37,500 nt of DNA. It comes from a virus (lineage: Duplodnaviria > Caudoviricetes). The notes below the pieces were generated by a model. The model saw nothing but the letters and a program-made list of their open reading frames with translations, did not search any database and was not told the origin of the DNA. Location: positions 1-37,500 of the IMG/VR virus record IMGVR_UViG_3300037423_001042. One strand, 5' to 3'. Made by a program: the position numbers and the translations under genes. Below, in pieces: positions 25,580-34,628 of this stretch. Every line of letters begins with the position of its first letter. The stretch's first letter is position 1.

Positions 25580-26472
25580 TGGACTTCTCGACTCTTCTGA
25601 CCCCGAAGCGCATTGCAACCGCAGTGACCGGCTTGATCTGCGCTGTCTTGCTCATGGCCAACTGGCCGATCCAACAGGTGCCGACCGGACACCGCGGCGT
25701 CGTCACTGTGGGCGGCGAGATGAAAGGCATCTCCAGCGAAGGCTTCCTGCTGGTGTGGCCCTGGCAGCGCCTGAACGTCTTCAACATCCGCGCCGAGCAA
25801 GTAAGCGTGGAGAAGGCCGAGGGCGGCACGGCCGACCAGCAGCCCGTGCATGTCGACCTGACAGTGCGCTACTCAGTGATGCCCGAGAAGGTGTCCTACG
25901 TCTTCGAACAGTACTCGAAGGACGGCAACATGGACTCGTACGTGCAGACCGCCACCCAGGAATCGTTCAAGGCGGTGACGGCCAGGTACACGGCGCCGGA
26001 ACTGATTAACAAGCGTGCCGAGGTTTCCAGCAACGTGCTTGCCACGCTGAACGCCAAGGTGGCGCAGTACGGCGTGCGAATCATCGCCGTCGACATGAAG
26101 GGCTTCCAGTACGCACCGGACTACATGAAGGCGATCAATCAGAAGGTGACGGAAGACCAGCTGCGCCAAGCCGCCGACAACCGGGCCAAACGCATCGAGT
26201 CCGAGCAGCAGGCCAAGGTGGTCACGGCGCTCAAGGACGCCGAAGCAGCACGCGCCACGGCCGACGGCCAGGCATACGCCGTTACCAAGCGGGCCGAAGC
26301 CGAAGCCAACGCCTTGCGCATCCAGAATGCTGCGCTGCGCGAGAACAAGGACGTGCTGGAGCTGCGCCGCATCGAGGTGTCGCTGGAGACGGCCAAACGC
26401 TGGAACGGCACGCTGCCGACCAACATGTACGCCAACGCTCCGGTGCCGCTGCTCACCTTGGGAGGCAAGTGA
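25576..26472 (+). CDS. SPFH / prohibitin (band 7) family protein (298 aa)
   Basis: N-terminal TM, VPTGHRGVV, TADQQPVHVDLTVRY, ESFKAVTARYTAPELINKR, coiled coil, RWNGTLP. Confidence 0.9.
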   Translation: MMDFSTLLTPKRIATAVTGLICAVLLMANWPIQQVPTGHRGVVTVGGEMKGISSEGFLLVWPWQRLNVFNIRAEQVSVEKAEGGTADQQPVHVDLTVRYSVMPEKVSYVFEQYSKDGNMDSYVQTATQESFKAVTARYTAPELINKRAEVSSNVLATLNAKVAQYGVRIIAVDMKGFQYAPDYMKAINQKVTEDQLRQAADNRAKRIESEQQAKVVTALKDAEAARATADGQAYAVTKRAEAEANALRIQNAALRENKDVLELRRIEVSLETAKRWNGTLPTNMYANAPVPLLTLGGK

Positions 26473-26741
26473 TGTCCACCCATCGGCACAGGCTCACGCT
26501 ATGCCCGCATTGCGGACATGAGCTGGATTGCTGCGAGAACACCCGCGACGGACGGCCCAGCACCCCGAAGGCTGGCGATCTCACCGTCTGCGGCAAGTGC
26601 GCAGGAGTGCTGAAGTTCGACGACGACGGACTGCCCACGCAGACGGTGAGCGCCGAGGAGTTCGCGGCACTGCCGGCGGGCGTGAAACTTCACATCAACC
26701 GGCTGCAGTCCGTGCTTGGTTTTCTTCGAGCTTCGATCTAA
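26472..26741 (+). CDS. Zn-finger hypothetical protein (89 aa)
   Basis: CPHCG...PKAGDLTVCGKC. Confidence 0.75.
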   Translation: MSTHRHRLTLCPHCGHELDCCENTRDGRPSTPKAGDLTVCGKCAGVLKFDDDGLPTQTVSAEEFAALPAGVKLHINRLQSVLGFLRASI

Positions 26742-26776
26742 CATCGAAGTTCGATCTACCAATTAAGGACCGTCCA

Positions 26777-27520
26777 GTGGCGATTCGTTCGTGGAGCCAT
26801 TCAAAGCTCGTCGAAGCCGACAAGTGCATGCGCCGTGTCTGGTTGATGCACGACCAGCGCATCCCTGAGCCGCAGCGCCCGCTGCCGCCTGGCAAGACGG
26901 AGCACGCCAACGACCGTGGCACGCGCATTCACACCGGCTGCGAGCTATACGTCAAGGGCGAGGCCGACATTCTGGTGCCGGAGGCCGAGAAGCACTTCGG
27001 CCCCGAGATCGACTTCCTGCGTGTGCTCTACGGCGAAGGCGTCGTGTCGCTCGAAGGCGAGTGGGGCGTCGACCAGGAGTGGGAGCCCTGCGACTGGAAG
27101 ACGGCTTGGCACCGCTGCAAGCTCGATGCCCTCGTCTTCCCCGACCCCACCGAAGCGATCGCCATCGATTACAAGACTGGCAAGCGCTGGGGCAACGAGG
27201 TCAAGCATGGCGAGCAGATGACGCTGTACGCACTCAACACCGTGCTGCGCTACCCCGAGGTCGAGCGCGTGCGCACGGAGCTCTGGTATCTCGACCAGAA
27301 CGAGATCGCCACCAAGACCTTCACCCGCGACCAGGCCCTGCGCTTTAAGCAAGGCTTCCACAAGCGCGGCCTGAATCTCACCACCGCCACCGAGTTCCCG
27401 CCGCGGCCGAACATCTTCTCTTGCCGCTATTGCATGTATGGCAGCTGGGGAACTGGCCACTGCCCCGATGGCGTGCAGGACAACCGCCCCACCAAGGCGC
27501 CTCCACGGCGTCTCTACTGA
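26777..27520 (+). CDS. PD-(D/E)XK (RecB/Cas4-like) exonuclease (247 aa)
   Basis: SWSHSKL...C, RGTRIH, KLDAL...IDYKTGK, QMTLYA, C-terminal CRYC...C. Confidence 0.88.
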   Translation: MAIRSWSHSKLVEADKCMRRVWLMHDQRIPEPQRPLPPGKTEHANDRGTRIHTGCELYVKGEADILVPEAEKHFGPEIDFLRVLYGEGVVSLEGEWGVDQEWEPCDWKTAWHRCKLDALVFPDPTEAIAIDYKTGKRWGNEVKHGEQMTLYALNTVLRYPEVERVRTELWYLDQNEIATKTFTRDQALRFKQGFHKRGLNLTTATEFPPRPNIFSCRYCMYGSWGTGHCPDGVQDNRPTKAPPRRLY

Positions 27521-27521
27521 C

Positions 27522-28313
27522 ATGCAGATCTCCATCGAACGCATTTCGCCGTCGAAAGCCGCGGCGTACCTCAACGCGAACAAGGCCAACCGCAAGCTGC
27601 GCGAAGGCGTCGCCGAGAAGTACGCCGAGGACATGCGCAACGGCAAATGGACGGAATGCCCCGAGCCGATCAGCTTTTACGACGACGGTGATCTGGCCGA
27701 CGGCCAACATCGGTTGTTCGCGATCGTGGAATCCGAGACCACGCAGACTTTTCCGGTCGCACGTGGCTTGCCACGCAGCGCCGGACTGAACATCAACACG
27801 GGGCTGACTCGGTCACTGGTCGACAACGCGCGCATCAGCGGCGAAGACACCGAGTTGTCCAACGAGCTGATCAGCGTTGCTCGCGCCATCGAAGAAGGCA
27901 CCCGCAGCGCCGGCGCCATGTCGAACGCGCAGCGCCTGGAGCTGGTGAGCAAGCACCGTGAGGCCGCTTCTTGGGCCGCCAAGAACGGCCCGCGCGGCAA
28001 GATGCTGCGTAACCAGCTCGTTCTGTCAGCCGTCGCACGTGCCTGGCTTCATGAGGACGACGCCGACAAGCTCAAGCGGTTCTGCGACGTCTTCAGCACT
28101 GGCTTCGCCGACGGCGACACCGAAAGCGCGGCGATCGCGATGCGCAACTACATGCTGACCAAGGGCAGCACGGCCAGCTCCAACGCGCTGTGGCGCGACA
28201 CGTTCTTGAAAATGCAGAACGCGATCAGCTACTTCATGCGTGGCCGCAAGCTCACCGTCATCAAGGGGGTCGCCGATGAGGCGTACCCGATCAAGAAGGG
28301 GAAGCGCAAATGA
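27522..28313 (+). CDS. ParB/Srx-like N-terminal domain protein (263 aa)
   Basis: NRKL...KYAEDMRNGKW...PISF...LADGQHRLFAIV. Confidence 0.8.
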   Translation: MQISIERISPSKAAAYLNANKANRKLREGVAEKYAEDMRNGKWTECPEPISFYDDGDLADGQHRLFAIVESETTQTFPVARGLPRSAGLNINTGLTRSLVDNARISGEDTELSNELISVARAIEEGTRSAGAMSNAQRLELVSKHREAASWAAKNGPRGKMLRNQLVLSAVARAWLHEDDADKLKRFCDVFSTGFADGDTESAAIAMRNYMLTKGSTASSNALWRDTFLKMQNAISYFMRGRKLTVIKGVADEAYPIKKGKRK

Positions 28314-28429
28314 AGTACGTCTACGGAATCGCCGCAATAGCGGTGCTGCTGGCCATCGCCTGCTGGGCCGGCTATGACATGCAGCGCCAAGCGTGCCCGC
28401 CTGGTTCGACGGACTGGGTGTGCCTGTGA
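28310..28429 (+). CDS. Small membrane-anchored protein (39 aa)
   Basis: ATGA overlap; MKYVYGIAAIAVLLAIACWAGY. Confidence 0.55.
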   Translation: MKYVYGIAAIAVLLAIACWAGYDMQRQACPPGSTDWVCL

Positions 28430-28605
28430 AGCTGCGCGACCGCTTCCTCTGCCTGCTCGGCCGCCATGGGCCGGGTACGTTCGGCAACGCCTTGAGCGAC
28501 CGATCGCACCGCACCGTGCCCTTCGAGCGCAAGTGCTTAGTGTGCGGTGCCCTCTGGCGCACCGATCCCCAAAACCCTGTTGTATGGGAGCGCGTTAAGA
28601 AATGA
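28426..28605 (+). CDS. Small Zn-binding hypothetical protein (59 aa)
   Basis: LCLLGRH...RKCLVCG (DUF1660-like pattern). Confidence 0.6.
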   Translation: MKLRDRFLCLLGRHGPGTFGNALSDRSHRTVPFERKCLVCGALWRTDPQNPVVWERVKK

Positions 28606-28805
28606 ACATCAACGAAGTGCTTGTGCTATTCCGAAAGACAAACAAGCTCGGGCGATCGATCGATCAAGCGATCAAAGACGCTGGAGGGGTCGGAATCGAG
28701 CCCCTCTTGAGCATGCCTTTCGACGAAGTGCTGTTGTTGCTTGCGCAGAACTACATCGACATTCACGCGTATTACGCGCCCAGTAATGAAGCCCCGAAAA
28801 GTTGA
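28602..28805 (+). CDS. Hypothetical protein (67 aa)
   Basis: GGAG SD, ATGA overlap; lower GC than neighbours. Confidence 0.55.
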   Translation: MNINEVLVLFRKTNKLGRSIDQAIKDAGGVGIEPLLSMPFDEVLLLLAQNYIDIHAYYAPSNEAPKS

Positions 28806-30204
28806 AGCCCCCAAGGCCATGGCGCATCAGGCTGTGAGCCTGAAGCACGATGCCAAGACGGACGTGGTGTACGACTGCTCGGACGCCGGCACCGGCAAGA
28901 CCTTCGTGCGCATCATGGCGTTCGCCAAGCGCCGGCGCGCCGGCGGCGGTCGGATGCTCGTGCTGGCGCCGCGCAGCCTCTTGAAGAGCGCCTGGTTCAA
29001 CGACTTCGCCAAGTTCGCCCCCGACATGAAGGTGTCGGTGGCCACGGCCGACAACCGCGCCAAGGCGTTCGCCGCTGAGGCCGACGTGTACGTCACGAAC
29101 CACGACGCGGCGAAGTGGCTGGCGCAGCAGCCGGCCAAGTTCTTCAAGGACTTCGACGAGCTGGTGATCGACGAGATCACCGCCTACAAGCACCACACCA
29201 GCCAGCGCAGCAAGGCCATCAGGAAGATCGCCAAGCACTTCAAGCGTCGCGCCGGCTTGACCGCCACGCCCAATGGTCGCTCTATCACCGACGTGTGGCA
29301 CCAGGTGGCCATCCTCGACGACGGCAAGCGCCTGGGCCCGAGCTTCTACGCCTTCCGCAACGCCGTGTGCACGCCCGAGCAGGTTGGCCGCCAGGCCCAC
29401 ATGGTCAACTGGGTCGATCGCGACGGCGCTGAAGAAGCCGTCTTCGGCGAGCTGGCCGACATCGTCGTGCGGCACAAGTTCGAGGACTGCGTCGACATCC
29501 CTCCGAACCACACCTACTCGGTCGACTTCGAGATGACTCCGAAGCTGCGTCGGGCCTATGAGCAGATGGCGCGCGACCAGCTGATGATGCTGGCCGACAA
29601 AAAGAAGGGCGTCACCACTGTCACCGCGCTCAACGCCGCAGTGGTCACCGGCAAGCTGCTGCAGATCGCCTCGGGCGCCGTGTACGACAACGATGGCAAC
29701 TACCACTTGATCGACACGTCGCGCTACGAGATGGTCATGGACATGGTTGAGCAGCGCAAGCACTCGCTGGTCTTCTTCCAGTGGCAACACCAGCGCGACC
29801 TGCTGGTGGCCGAGGCCGAGAAACGTGGGCTGTCGTACTGCGTGCTCGACGGCGACGCCAAAGACAAGGAGCGCGAGGCGATGGTGTCGAACTACCAGCG
29901 CGGTGCGTACCGCGTCATGTTCGCTCACCCGAAGTCGGCCGCACACGGACTGACGCTCACCAAGGGCACCGCCACGATCTGGCCTTGCCCTACCGCGGAC
30001 CTGGAGCTGTGGCGCCAGGGCAAAAAGCGACAGCATCGCATCGGGCAGACCGAGAAGACCGAAACGATCGTGATCCTTGGCGACAACAAGGCCGAGCACC
30101 GCGTGTATCACGACATTTTGATGGCCAAGGACGCACGCATGGAGACGCTTCTTGGCTTGTTCGAGAGTCTTACTTCTGACTTCGATCTAAGGAAAGCCGC
30201 ATGA
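28786..30204 (+). CDS. SF2 / SNF2-type DNA helicase (472 aa)
   Basis: DAGTGKT, LVIDEIT, LTATP, KLLQIASG, HPKSAAHGLTL, RQHRIGQ. Confidence 0.9.
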   Translation: MKPRKVEAPKAMAHQAVSLKHDAKTDVVYDCSDAGTGKTFVRIMAFAKRRRAGGGRMLVLAPRSLLKSAWFNDFAKFAPDMKVSVATADNRAKAFAAEADVYVTNHDAAKWLAQQPAKFFKDFDELVIDEITAYKHHTSQRSKAIRKIAKHFKRRAGLTATPNGRSITDVWHQVAILDDGKRLGPSFYAFRNAVCTPEQVGRQAHMVNWVDRDGAEEAVFGELADIVVRHKFEDCVDIPPNHTYSVDFEMTPKLRRAYEQMARDQLMMLADKKKGVTTVTALNAAVVTGKLLQIASGAVYDNDGNYHLIDTSRYEMVMDMVEQRKHSLVFFQWQHQRDLLVAEAEKRGLSYCVLDGDAKDKEREAMVSNYQRGAYRVMFAHPKSAAHGLTLTKGTATIWPCPTADLELWRQGKKRQHRIGQTEKTETIVILGDNKAEHRVYHDILMAKDARMETLLGLFESLTSDFDLRKAA

Positions 30205-30422
30205 CTTCTTTTGCCCCCATTCTTCTGTCCATCGTGTTCGTCCTCGTGGTGGCGTATCTATTGCGCGGCGAGCTGATCAGCTATCTCGTGCAGCGCCATA
30301 TCGCCGAGATGATGCAAGACCCGTCGTTCCTGCGGCGCTTCAGCGAGTTCGAGCGCAAGTACACCTACCACGGCATGGTTTGGGACTTGAAGCGCTGGAC
30401 CTACAAGAGCTTTTTCGGATGA
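30201..30422 (+). CDS. Small membrane-anchored protein (73 aa)
   Basis: AAGGA SD; N-terminal TM. Confidence 0.65.
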   Translation: MTSFAPILLSIVFVLVVAYLLRGELISYLVQRHIAEMMQDPSFLRRFSEFERKYTYHGMVWDLKRWTYKSFFG

Positions 30423-30754
30423 GCACGCGGTTGAAGTTGCAGACGCGCGTGCTCGTCAAAGCGATCGCGGCGTTGATGGCGCGTCCATCCACCGCGTTGG
30501 AGCTGGCCGAGCACCTCGAAGTCTCACGCCTGACGGTGTACGACTGGCTGAAGATCTTCGAGGACTACGGCGTCGCGCACGACACCGGCTCGACCAGGCG
30601 GCGTGCCAAGAAGGGCCCCCCACAACGTGTATGGGCCTTCGGCCCGAAACCGAAGACCGCGCAAGCAATCAAGGAGCGCCTGTTGAGGCGCAAGGAGCAG
30701 CGACATGGAGCAGACGATGCAAGACAGGACCACCGAGCTGAAGAACGTGTGTGA
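30419..30754 (+). CDS. Winged helix-turn-helix DNA-binding protein (111 aa)
   Basis: STALELAEHLEVSRLTVYDWLKIFEDYG followed by a basic wing RRRAKKGPPQRVW. Confidence 0.75.
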   Translation: MSTRLKLQTRVLVKAIAALMARPSTALELAEHLEVSRLTVYDWLKIFEDYGVAHDTGSTRRRAKKGPPQRVWAFGPKPKTAQAIKERLLRRKEQRHGADDARQDHRAEERV

Positions 30755-31127
30755 CAGCTTCAGTGGCGGCAGCGATGGACGCTACCGTCACTGGTTCAAC
30801 CGGCGCTTCGTCTTCACCGAGGGTGTCAAGGCCATGGCCGACACGGCAGGCGCGTACTGGCTGCTCGACAAGATCGCCTTCGAGATCGCCCCTGACCTCA
30901 TCAAGGCGTGGGACACGGAACAGGCCACTGGCGCCTTCCTCGACTTCATCGTCAAAGACGGCCAAGGCGACCTGGTGCTGCAGGACGGCAACGACAACGT
31001 CATCAAGCAGTTCCGCATCGAGTTCACCGACTTCCCTGATGGGAAGTGGGTGTTCGAACTGGCCATGGACGGCCTGATTGACCCGAACCAAGTCGTGCTG
31101 GTGATGCTCCTGTTGCAGGAGCATTGA
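30705..31127 (+). CDS. DUF6876-like protein (140 aa)
   Basis: YRHW...FTEGVKAMADTAGAYWLLDKIA...DGNDN...IEFTDFP...MLLQEH. Confidence 0.75.
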   Translation: MEQTMQDRTTELKNVCDSFSGGSDGRYRHWFNRRFVFTEGVKAMADTAGAYWLLDKIAFEIAPDLIKAWDTEQATGAFLDFIVKDGQGDLVLQDGNDNVIKQFRIEFTDFPDGKWVFELAMDGLIDPNQVVLVMLLLQEH

Positions 31128-31336
31128 TGTCCAAGAACCCCCCGACCTGGCTGCCGGCCAGCATCCCGCCGGCGAACCCTGGTCCGTTCCGCACCACCGC
31201 CGAGCCCGGCTGCAGCGTGTGGTGGCGCTGGTGGAACGGACGTGCCTGGGGCAAGTGCTGCAAGAGCCGCGTCTTGGCAGTCAAGAACCAGGTCTCCGTC
31301 GGCGACGGCGGGCCTGAACTGTGGAGCGCGACGTGA
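31127..31336 (+). CDS. Small Trp-rich hypothetical protein (69 aa)
   Basis: AGGAG SD; WLPASIPPANPG...WWRWWNGRAWG. Confidence 0.6.
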   Translation: MSKNPPTWLPASIPPANPGPFRTTAEPGCSVWWRWWNGRAWGKCCKSRVLAVKNQVSVGDGGPELWSAT

Positions 31337-31563
31337 ATCTTGACACAGAGAACATGAACGGGTCTGAAGTGACGGTCGTACTGAAAAACGGCGCTCGCTT
31401 CACTGGTCTTGTTGACCGCGGCCATTACTGGGCCAACGAGTGCAACGTGCTATGTCTCGCGTCAGGAAAGAACGGCAAAGAGCCGAATCTCGATGCTGGC
31501 GAAGCAGTGTGGGTGTACATCAATCGCGAAGAAATCGCAGCAATCGTCTGGGACTGTGCGTAA
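31333..31563 (+). CDS. Small protein with possible Sm/Hfq-like fold (76 aa)
   Basis: GSEVTVVLKNGARFTGLV (Sm1-like) and VYINREEIAAI (Sm2-like). Confidence 0.6.
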   Translation: MNLDTENMNGSEVTVVLKNGARFTGLVDRGHYWANECNVLCLASGKNGKEPNLDAGEAVWVYINREEIAAIVWDCA

Positions 31564-33593
31564 TGGGCTGGGGTTCCGCAGTCAGGAAAGCACCGGCGCC
31601 CGAGATCGAGCGCCCCGCGTTTCCGATCGAGAAGGTCGACTTCAGCCGTCTGGTTACGCTCGACTTCGAGACGCACTACTCCGACGAGTACACGCTGCGC
31701 AAGATGAGCACCAGCCAGTACATCCGCGACCCTCGGTTCGAAGCGCTGTTGTGCTACGTGCAGGTGGGCAACAAGCCGATGAAGGTGCTGCAGGGCCCGG
31801 CGCAGATCGCGCGGGAGTTGAAGCGCATCCCGTGGGAGACGCACAGCCTGCTGTGCCACCACACGCAGTTCGACGCGCTGATCCTGTCGCACCACTACGG
31901 CATCCGCCCCAAGCGTCTGTACTGCACGCTATCCATGGCCCGGGGCCTGTTCAGCAACCAGATCGGCGCCGGTCTCGACGAGGTGGCGCGGTTCCTGGGC
32001 GGCGTCGGCAAGGCGGCCAGCGGCACGGAGGACTTCAAGGGCCTGCGCTGGAAGGAGCTGTCCAAGATCAAGGACAAGCTGCAGCGTGCGGTCGCCTACT
32101 GCGCCCAGGACGGCGCGGAGACGCGGCGCATCTTCGAGGAGATGGTGCCGCTCATGCCGGCCGATGAAATGGAGCTGATCCACATCATCTGCCGCATGTA
32201 CACGCAGCCCGTACTTAAGCTCGACGAGGCACGCTGCCGCGCCGAGTGGCAGCGCGAGGTCGATCGCAAGAAGAAGCTGCTGTTGAGCTTCGCCGACCAA
32301 GCCGCCGACATCAAGCTCACCAGCGAGGACCGCAAGAAGCTCGGCCCCGACGCGACCGAAGAGGACCGCACGATCCGCAAGGTCAAGAAGCTCATCGGCT
32401 CGAACAAGTATGCCGAGCTGCTCGAAGCCGCCGGCATCGACCCTCCGATCAAGATCAGCCCCGCGTGGGTCAAGGCGTCAAAGGAAGAGCGCGAGACCAA
32501 GCAGAAGTACGCCTACGCGTTCTCCAAGACGGACCTGGACTTCACCGAGCTGCTGGAGCACCCGGATGAGTATGTGCGCGACCTGGTCGAGGCGCGGCTC
32601 ATGGTCAAGGGCTCAGGCAACGAGACGCGTGCGGCCACGTTCCTGAAGCTTGGTGCCGGCGGCGCGTCACTGCCCGTGTACTACAAGTACGCCGCCGCAC
32701 ATACCAAGCGCCTGGGCGGTGGGGACGGCACCAACTTCCAGAACCTGAAGCGCGGCAGCGAGCTGCGCAAGACCATCAAGGCGCCCCGCGGCCACGTGCT
32801 GTGCGTGTGCGACTCGTCGCAGATCGAAGCACGCGTCAATGCCTGGCTGTGGGACCAGCACGACCTGCTCGACGAGTTCCTGGCCGCTGACAACAAGACG
32901 GACCGCGACCCGTACTGCAAGCAGGCCGACAAGATCTACAACCGCCACATCGACAAAAGCACGGACCCCGATGAGCGCTTCGTCGGCAAGGTGGCGGTGC
33001 TGATGCTGGGCTACCAGGCCGGCTGGAAGAAGTTCCAGAAAACGCTGGCGCTCGGCACCATGGGCCCGAAGGTGTTCCTCGACGCCGAGACGTGCCAGGC
33101 CGCGGTGTCGGCTTACCGGCGCAAGAACTACAAGATCCAGGCCGGCTGGAAGATCTGCGAGCGGATCATTGCCGACATGGCCGCGGGCCGCGAAGGCAGC
33201 TGGAAGTGCATCAGCTGGGGCAAGGACACGGTGTACCTGCCCGACGGCATGACGCTGCACTACCCGAACCTGCGCCAGATTCCCGACGAGGAGTTCGATA
33301 CCGCCTGGGTCTACGACTCCAAGGACGAGGTGGTCAAGCTCTACGGCGGCAAGCTGGACGAGAACATCGTGCAGGCTCTGGCCAAGATCATCGTGATGGG
33401 CCAGCTGTTGGCCGTCGACAAGCTGCACCGCGTCGTGATGACGACGCACGATGAACTGGTCGCGTGCGTGTCAAAGCGCAGCGCCGAGAAGGCCATGCGC
33501 GACATGCTCAAGATCATGCGCACCCCGCCCGCCTGGTGCGCCGGCATCCCGCTCAACGCAGAAGGCGGCTACGCAGAGGAGTACAGCAAATGA
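31563..33593 (+). CDS. polA: DNA polymerase family A with 3'-5' exonuclease domain (676 aa)
   Basis: ExoI LDFET, HHTQFD, YCAQD; motif A DSSQIEAR, motif B RFVGKVAVLMLGY, ENIVQA, motif C THDEL. Confidence 0.93.
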   Translation: MGWGSAVRKAPAPEIERPAFPIEKVDFSRLVTLDFETHYSDEYTLRKMSTSQYIRDPRFEALLCYVQVGNKPMKVLQGPAQIARELKRIPWETHSLLCHHTQFDALILSHHYGIRPKRLYCTLSMARGLFSNQIGAGLDEVARFLGGVGKAASGTEDFKGLRWKELSKIKDKLQRAVAYCAQDGAETRRIFEEMVPLMPADEMELIHIICRMYTQPVLKLDEARCRAEWQREVDRKKKLLLSFADQAADIKLTSEDRKKLGPDATEEDRTIRKVKKLIGSNKYAELLEAAGIDPPIKISPAWVKASKEERETKQKYAYAFSKTDLDFTELLEHPDEYVRDLVEARLMVKGSGNETRAATFLKLGAGGASLPVYYKYAAAHTKRLGGGDGTNFQNLKRGSELRKTIKAPRGHVLCVCDSSQIEARVNAWLWDQHDLLDEFLAADNKTDRDPYCKQADKIYNRHIDKSTDPDERFVGKVAVLMLGYQAGWKKFQKTLALGTMGPKVFLDAETCQAAVSAYRRKNYKIQAGWKICERIIADMAAGREGSWKCISWGKDTVYLPDGMTLHYPNLRQIPDEEFDTAWVYDSKDEVVKLYGGKLDENIVQALAKIIVMGQLLAVDKLHRVVMTTHDELVACVSKRSAEKAMRDMLKIMRTPPAWCAGIPLNAEGGYAEEYSK

Positions 33594-33862
33594 CCCGACT
33601 CAACCCAGCGGCCGCCTGGCCGTTTCAAGCTCGTCGCATCGAGCGCCCCGCTCCGTGCAAAACCGGCGACAAGATCACGCTGCACCGTATGGGCAATGAC
33701 CCGGACCCGATTCCGTCGGGCGCCACCGCCACGGTGCGAAGCGTCTGCGGCTTCGGCGACGGCACCTGGCAGATCAGTGTCGACTGGCATGCGCCGCACG
33801 AGACGCGGAGCTTGAGCTTGGTTTACCCCGAGGACAGCTTCAGCGTGACGGAGCCGGCATGA
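33590..33862 (+). CDS. DUF4314-like SH3-fold protein (90 aa)
   Basis: GDKITLHRMGNDPDPIPSGATATV...QISVDW...SLSLVYPEDSF. Confidence 0.75.
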   Translation: MTRLNPAAAWPFQARRIERPAPCKTGDKITLHRMGNDPDPIPSGATATVRSVCGFGDGTWQISVDWHAPHETRSLSLVYPEDSFSVTEPA

Positions 33863-34122
33863 TCGACTTCCGCGAAGAGCCTGGCTGGGTCGGCGTGTTC
33901 ACGCGCAACCAGGAACTGGGCACCTGGCGCAACGGCACGCGCGTGCGCAAGACCAACAGCGAGCCGGGTGATGCCACGCCGAACGGCACGCTCGGCACGG
34001 TACTCGGCAGCATCAGCAGCCCCGAGGTTCAAGACGGCGCGGTGATGTACTTCATCGAGTGGGACAACCGCCCCAAAGTGGCCGTCGGCTGCATGGGCTT
34101 CAAGCTGGAGTACGCAGAATGA
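33859..34122 (+). CDS. Hypothetical SH3-like protein (87 aa)
   Basis: NGTRVRK...GTLGTVLG...YFIEWD. Confidence 0.7.
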   Translation: MIDFREEPGWVGVFTRNQELGTWRNGTRVRKTNSEPGDATPNGTLGTVLGSISSPEVQDGAVMYFIEWDNRPKVAVGCMGFKLEYAE

Positions 34123-34550
34123 CCGAACGCGATCGCAGCCACGAGTCTCTTGCGGACCACATCAACTTCTTTGCCGAGCATGAAGGCTGGGCCATTGTCG
34201 GCGGCGTGATCTGCGCCATCGAAGAAATGGAGGCTTTCAAGGCCGACAACGAAGCTGTGGCTCACGTGTCGCTGATGGCCTCGTGCGCGAGCACCGTCCA
34301 CAAGGCAGCGCTGGAAACGCACGACGATACGTTGCGCGACTGCGCCAATCTGATCCGCGCGCGCGTGTGTGAACGATGGGTCGAATGGGCGAAGGACGAA
34401 TTGTTCGCTGTTGCCATGCAAGGACACGGTGGGTTCATCGACGCGCAGCCAGAAGAACTGTGCGGCAGCTACGCCCAGCGATACGGGCTGGATCATCTCG
34501 ACGATCCACAGCTGGCGCGAGCGTTGGCGGTGCTGCGCAAGTACGTGTGA
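34119..34550 (+). CDS. Hypothetical protein (143 aa)
   Basis: GGAG SD, ATGA overlap. Confidence 0.65.
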   Translation: MTERDRSHESLADHINFFAEHEGWAIVGGVICAIEEMEAFKADNEAVAHVSLMASCASTVHKAALETHDDTLRDCANLIRARVCERWVEWAKDELFAVAMQGHGGFIDAQPEELCGSYAQRYGLDHLDDPQLARALAVLRKYV

Positions 34551-34588
34551 CCCTTTCCGCTTGACCGAACGATTCATTCCGGCAACTC

Positions 34589-34617
34589 TTGCATTTCATC
34601 TAAGATCGAACTACGAT
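34589..34617 (+). promoter_or_regulatory. Putative sigma70 promoter overlapped by motif copies
   Basis: TTGCAT-17 nt-TACGAT; AAGATCGAA and ACGATCGAA (reverse motif variants) at 34602 and 34613. Confidence 0.55.
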
Positions 34618-34628
34618 CGAAGCACACC

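Noticed and set aside
26777-27520. Cas4-like nuclease as part of a CRISPR system
   Set aside because: No repeat-spacer array or other cas genes; such nucleases are routine in phage replication modules.
31563-33593. Intein or intron in polA, helicase or TerL
   Set aside because: Motif spacing and lengths are normal; no splicing or homing-endonuclease motifs.
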